Origin: Macrostomum lignano
Taxonomy: Eukaryota
Direction: 5' to 3'
NCBI GenBank assembly: GCA_002269645.1
Contig: NIVC01002835.1
Location: 1-26,318, forward strand
Length of the DNA: 26,318 nucleotides
The position numbers and the translations under genes were made by a program. Below the pieces are notes generated by a model that had not been told where the DNA came from, did no database searches, and saw only the letters and a list, made by a program, of their open reading frames with translations. This document shows, piece by piece, positions 20,867 to 26,318 of this stretch; positions within the stretch are counted from its first letter, which is position 1, and the number at the start of each line of letters is the position of its first letter.

Positions 20867-23800
20867 GTGAGAAATCCTCTGGGTGTGAATGACGAGAGAT
20901 TGAGCAAGGACTGAAATACGGGATTACAGACCAATGTACAGATTACAGACTGAGATACAGAAGGTTACCAGCTGAGATACTGAAGTTAAGGCTGAGATAC
21001 TGAAGTTAAGGCTGAGATACAAGTTACAGAATGAGATACAGGAGATTACAGGCTTATATTCATTGCTTACAGGCTAAGATTCGGGTTACGGTGAGATACA
21101 GAAGGTTACAGGCTAGGATACAGAGGGTTTACAGGCTGAGATACAAAAGGTTACAGGCTGGGATACAGAGGTTTACAGGCTGAGATACAGAACTTTTACA
21201 GGCTGGGATACAGAAGGTTACAGGCTTAGATACAGAAGTTTACAGGCTGGGATACAGAAGGTTACAGGCTGAGATACAGAACTTTACAGGCTGAGATACA
21301 GAAGGTTACAGGCTGAGATACAGAACTTTACAGGCTGGGATACAGAGGGTTTACAGGCTGAGATACAGAACTTTTACAGGCTGGGATACAGAAGGTTACA
21401 GGCTTAGATACAGAAGTTTACAGGCTGGGATACAGAAGGTTACAGGCTTAGATACAGAAGTTTACAGGCTGGGATACAGAAGGTTACAGGCTGAGATACA
21501 GAACTTTACAGGCTGGGATACAGAAGGTTACAGGCTGAGATACAGAACTTTACAGGCTGGGATACAGAAGGTTACAGGCTGAGATACAGAACTTTACAGG
21601 CTGGGATACAGAAGATTACAGGCTGAGATACAGAAGTTTACAGGCTGGGATACAGAAGGTTACAGGCTGAGATACAGAACTTTACAGGCTGAGATACAGA
21701 AGTTTACAGGCTGGGATACAGAAGGTTACAGGCTGAGATACAAAAGGTTACAGGCTGGGATACAGAGGGTTTACAGGCTGAGATACAGAACTTTACAGGC
21801 TGGGATACAGAAGGTTACAGGCTGAGATACAGAACTTTACAGGCTGGGATACAGAAGGTTACAGGCTGAGATACAGAAGTTTACAGGCTGGGATACAGAA
21901 GGTTACAGGCTGAGATACAGAACTTTAAAGGCTGAGATACAGAAGTTTACAGGCTGGGATACAGAAGGTTACAGGCTGAGATACAGAAGTTTACAGGCTG
22001 GGATACAGAAGGTTACAGGCTGAGATACAGAAGTTTACAGGCTGGGATACAGAGGGTTTACAGGCTGAGATACAGAACTTTACAGGCTGGAATACAGAAG
22101 GTTACAGGCTGAGATACAAAAGGTTACAGGCTGGGATACAGAGGGTTTACAGGCTGAGATACAGAACTTTACAGGCTGGGATACAGAAGGTTACAGGCTG
22201 AGATACAGAACTTTACAGGCTGGGATACAGAACTTTACAGGCTGGGATACAGAAGGTTACAGGCTGAGATACAGAACTTTACAGGCTGAGATACAGAACT
22301 TTACAGGCTGGGATACAGAAGGTTACAGGCTGAGATACAGAACTTTACAGGCTGGGATACAGAAGGTTACAGGCTGAGATACAGAACTTTACAGGCTGGG
22401 ATACAGAAGGTTACAGGCTGAGATACAGAAGTTTACAGACTTTCAGCTGGCTTTCTCAGCGTTAATTGCACCTCTATCGCCTCCATTCTTTAAAAGCTGC
22501 GTCTTCAAGCCAGCCTCAGCAGCAACAGCAGCCGCCCCGCCGCCGCCCCCGCTGACGCAGTCGCAGCAGATTGATCAGGTTTTTAGCCGGCGCCCGGAGT
22601 TCGAGCAGGACCTCGGCAGCCTGCTGCACGCCAGCGACGCTGTATGCCTCACAGTGTGTTAGAGGTTATCTGAGGCGAAGTGTAGGGTGATGACCTCAGT
22701 GAGAGGTCAGTGGGGCTCAGTGTATGACATTATTCATAATTTCATAAAGGTCAACTGAGGTCAAGTGTAGGGGTTGTATGCCTCACAGTGTGTTAGAGGT
22801 CATCTGAGGTCAAGTGTAGGCGTTGTATGCCTCACAGTGTGTTAGAGGTCATCTGAGGTCAAGTGTATGACTATATGATTCACAGTGTGTTAGAGGTCAT
22901 CTGAGGTGAAGTTTATATTTTAGATTATAAGACGTGATTTAAGTGTAAAAAACAGAGCTTGCAATAATGCAAAGGACTGCACACTAACCATGCGTTACCC
23001 CAGGGAGGAGAAGGCCCGCCTGCTAGTCGATATGCGCCACTTGCGCGACGAAAACGACCGTCTGCGCGAGTCTGTAGCCGCGCATCGGGCCGCCCTGACA
23101 ACCAAAGAGGCCGAGCTTGACGGCGCCAGGCAGCGCCTGCTAGGCGCGCACGAACGAATCAGGGCGGCGCGCAGTTTTGCCGACTGGCGCGCCAGATTAG
23201 AGGCGGCTAGAAGGGAGTCGGCGCAGGAGCGGCTGGCCGAGCAGCATTATCAGAGGGCGCTGGCCCGCCGGGCCCTGGCCGCCTGGAAGGGCCGACTGGA
23301 GACAACTTGGCGCCAGCTGGTCGAGCGCGGCTGCCAGGAGAAAGCGATGCGCGTCTGCGAGGAGCTGGGCGCCGAGTGCGAGGACAAGCTGCAGCGGCTG
23401 CAGGTGGGAGGCTTCTTTTAGTATCACTCTGTGCTCAGGATTTCCTCCCCTCTGGAATCCCGTCAATACCGTTTCCGCCCTTGAAACTCAGCCCCTCCAC
23501 ATATCCGCCCCTTGGAACTCAGCCCCTCCACATTTCCGCCCCTTGGAACTAAACCCCTCCACATTTCCGCCCCTTGGAACTCAGCCCTCCACATATCCGC
23601 CCCTTGGAACTCAGCCCCTCCACATTTCCGCCCCTTGGAACTCAGCCCCTCCACATTTCCGCCCCTTGGAACTCAGCCCCTCCACATTTCCGCCCCTTGA
23701 AACTCAGCCCCTCCACATTTCCGCCCCTTGGAACTCGGCTTGCATCCCTGCAAACACCTCCCCCTCCCGCAGGCCGAGCTCGAGGCGGCCAGATCGGAGC

Positions 23801-24985
23801 TCCGGTTGGAACGGGCCGAGCGCGAACGAGCCGAAGCCTCGATGCGCGAAGCTCTGATGCGCGGCGTAAGTGCGCTTAATTTAGAGGCGATGCGCGTATT
23901 CGGCGGCACCGGAGTCGGCCCGGAGGATCCAGCTGCCGCCGCAGTCAATGGTAACCATGGCAACGGTTCGGTCGCTGACGAGGAGGCGGACGATTCGAAG
24001 CCGATGGCGCGTTCGCCGCGCCCTTCGTCGCGCGGTCGACTGCCGGCTCAACCACCGATGCAAGTCGCGACGGCGCCGCCAGGGGGGACGGCAGCGCGGC
24101 GTCAGCAGCAGCACCAGTCACCTGTCAGGTAGACTGTGCGGGTCGACTGATTTCTGCTGGTTGTTGCATTCCTTGCGTTCATTCATGATTTTACCACTGA
24201 TCACAATGCATCGTTCTTCGACATTTATCCGGCAATCTTCCAAAATTCTCCGACATTCTCTGGCAATCTTCCGAAATTCTCCGAAATTCTCCGACATTTA
24301 TCACACAATCTCTGGGCCAGCAATCTTCTAACATTCTCCGACATTTACGAGTATCCCAAAATTATCTCCGGCAATCTTCCAACATTCTCAAACAACCATC
24401 CGACATGATTCAAAATTCGCCAACATTCATCCGACATTCAGCAGCGTTCTCTGACATTCTCCGACAATCTTACGGCGTTCTCCAACAATCATCCGACATT
24501 CTCTGGCAATATTTCGACATTCTCAACCGGTTGAGAAATCCTCCCTAATCAAGTCCCATCGTTTATCCCGCGAACGGGCACACATTCGCAGATCCCAGTC
24601 AGGCCGCATTCCACAGCAGCAGCGGCAGCGCGCCCCACTGTTGGTCCAGTCCGATTTGCCGGCGGCGGCATGTCAGCTGCGGCTCAGCAGTCGCAGCGGC
24701 AGGCCACCAGCGTGCGGGTTGAGCGCACGCGAGGCCGGCGACCTCGGGGGGCGTCGCCGGCGCCAGCCTGCCAAATTTCTGCAGTCCGTCGTCGGCATCA
24801 GCGGCGCCGATTGTCGGTAGGCAGAATTCGACACAGAAGCAACAGCAGCAGCCGCAGAATTATCGCGCTACTACGGCCCAACGGCCGTTGGTTACGGCGG
24901 CCGCATGCCCTTGACAACCGTTGGCGTCGGTGGCAACGGCCGATTTGCGGCAACCGGCGATCAGCAAATCAGGTTTATTGATTGA
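20330..24985 (+). CDS. POC5: Centrosomal protein POC5-like, multi-exon; middle phases unresolved and last exon frameshifted as given
   Basis: N-terminal GSSISSSLQREYDSLLSYA resembles POC5 GSSVSSNLQEEYEELLHYA. Centrin-binding (Sfi1-like) segment SFADWR...LAEQHYQRALARRALAAWK...TWRQLVERGCQEKA, and MREALMRGVSALNLEAMRVF resembles POC5 [20 protein letters not shown]. Comparisons are from memory of human POC5. Confidence 0.8.
20925..22440 (+). repeat. 22-bp minisatellite, ~68 copies, with 44-bp dimer structure
   Basis: Alternating ggctgggatacagaaggttaca / ggctgagatacagaactttaca. Confidence 0.98.
22497..22641 (+). CDS. Coding-like island, probable POC5-like internal exon with ambiguous frame
   Basis: GC-rich island between two arrays. 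It reads SSSQPQQQQQPP in one frame and PPPLTQSQQIDQVFSRRPEFEQDLGSLLHASDA in another; boundaries uncertain. Confidence 0.45.
22642..22912 (+). repeat. 49-bp minisatellite family related to SMC3 intron 12, ~5 diverged copies
   Basis: gtgtgttagaggtcatctgaggtcaagtgtagg(g/c)gttgtatgcctcaca. Confidence 0.9.
23004..23403 (+). CDS. POC5: POC5-like exon (coiled coil plus centrin-binding repeats)
   Basis: Branch point actaac 22983-88, acceptor cccag| at 23003, donor |gtggga at 23404; conserved W-containing repeats. Confidence 0.88.
23471..23736 (+). repeat. 31-bp C-rich minisatellite, ~8 copies
   Basis: Unit tcagcccctccacatttccgccccttggaac. Confidence 0.97.
23773..24128 (+). CDS. POC5: POC5-like exon (AELEAARSE...MRGVSALNLEAMRVF...)
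   Basis: cgcag| acceptor (phase 0), |gtagac donor (phase 2); most conserved POC5 motif. Confidence 0.9.
24215..24530 (+). repeat. Degenerate ~10-20-bp low-complexity repeat (attctccgac / caatcttcc)
   Basis: Recurring attctcc/acattc/tccgac words throughout the last intron. Confidence 0.75.
24603..24985 (+). CDS. POC5: POC5-like terminal exon; apparent frameshift(s)
   Basis: gtcag| acceptor fits phase 2 and gives ...QATSVRVER (cf. human POC5 SSVVVEKH). A POC5-like end QQIRFID* (cf. SIKVVD*) lies in a different frame with TGA at 24983-85. As given, the first frame ends at 24981 after an Arg-rich tail. Confidence 0.6.
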
Positions 24986-25520
24986 AGACCGTCCATTTCC
25001 ATTTTTTATGAATCCACTGTGTCAGTTGACGTTTGTTTTAACTGCATAGCAACGGAGTTTTGCTTACCTTTGATACGGTTGTGCGTATCGATTTGATCGT
25101 TTTTTTACTTTTTTATTTCGCTTCGTTCATTCCGTCCGTCCTGTTCTTATTAGTTTGTCCGTCCTAGTTCTAAATAGCAACAACCTGTGCTGTTTCTTTT
25201 ATCAATGTATTCAACTATCTGCGTCATTAAAGCTGGCCTGATGAAACAACTGTGTATTTTTAGTAGCCTCTGCGGGACATGCTAGCTAATTTTTCCATGT
25301 ATTGATATTGCTTATAGCCGACTGAAATGTTAGTATTACTACTGACGGCAGTAGAGTGAAAAGGGTTTTTTATAAGACAACTAACTACTGGCTGTGCCGG
25401 CTGATCTGGTGCTAACTGCGTCTCCGCTTGCTGTGATTTACAAGTTCCATTAGCGCTAACCTGTTCTATCTAATGAAAATAGACTGGCTGGTTAAATTAT
25501 ATTACCCGGAAAGCCTCTTA

Positions 25521-25603
25521 AATAAATACTTGCATTAATGAGCAGTGCTCTACAATTTATCAATCAGCGTTTCAATGGATTTTGTTATTTCAATGTGAAT
25601 AAA
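25521..25603 (+). terminator. Candidate polyadenylation signals of the POC5-like gene
   Basis: AATAAA at 25521-26 and 25598-25603. Confidence 0.4.
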
Positions 25604-26318
25604 GTTCAACTGGACACGTTTGCACTTATTTTAATTGAAAGGGACTCACAAACAGACTTACACAGGTAAAATTTGTGCCCTCTTATTGCCTGCGCAATCC
25701 ATCAGTAGATTTATTTTTATATGTAAAGAAACTGTACTCGTGGCCTAGCCAATCAATCATCTGCAGTTGGGGCTTCTACTAAAACAATGGAGATAAGGGG
25801 GCAGCGCAGGTGCGAATCTGTAAATTACAGGTACACTTGATAACAAAGAAGCTGATTTCAACTTTATTTTAAGCAACAAAAATAGAGGCGCGTAATAAAC
25901 ATTAGCGACTACTGACAGTAGCTTCTGCGCGTGTATTGACAATCAAACAACGCGTGTTTAGTAAGACTAGCGTTTAGTGCTTGCTCTGCATAAATAGCAA
26001 AACAGTATTTTGTTCTTCATAATTATCAATAGTTACACAAAATAGAAATTGAAAAAACAGAATCGCATTGGCTAAAAAGTCACACAGCGTGTTATAACAG
26101 TGTATATTTAGATAGAAAAAGCCGAACAAGTAGTACAACGAATATAACAACTTTAATAAATTTGTATTGCCAGGCGCGAACACGCTGGTTCTGTGCGAGC
26201 CGTGTGGAGCGTAGAGAAAATAAAGACAGTATAAGCGTTATAGCCCACTGTACATTGCGATTGAGATGGCCTATGTACAGCTGTGCCGGACATCTGGGAC
26301 ATATTTACATATTACTAT

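Noticed and set aside
25757-26318. A further gene at the right end (ORFs 25757-25942 and 25974-26183, minus strand)
   Set aside because: Short, AT-rich, with no recognisable domain or convincing splice signals.

Overview
Eukaryotic (animal) genomic DNA, not prokaryotic. The GC-rich spliced exons, AT-rich spacers and minisatellite-filled introns suggest a free-living flatworm such as Macrostomum (inference only). All three genes are on the + strand. (1) The 3' end of a Cys/Pro-rich protein gene with a Gly/Tyr-rich tail (to 563). (2) A complete 13-exon cohesin SMC3 gene (ATG 6207 to TGA 18437, 1206 aa by my exon assembly, all GT-AG introns with consistent phases). (3) A POC5-like centriolar protein gene (about 20330-24985) whose middle splice phases and last exon do not read through cleanly as given. 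Between genes 1 and 2 are a 624-bp TTAA-flanked non-autonomous DNA transposon with long inverted arms and a ~4-kb AT-rich, strongly CpG-depleted block. That block holds a decayed 28S rRNA fragment spanning the R2/I-PpoI target site and a cluster of TAGGCCTA palindromes. Every SMC3 intron over 300 nt carries tandem or low-complexity repeats, as do the long POC5 introns. Two repeat families are built on high-information transcription-factor motifs: RFX X-box-like 32-mers and nuclear-receptor DR4 (+AP-1) 49-mers. All alignments and counts were done by eye from remembered reference sequences; nothing was searched or computed.
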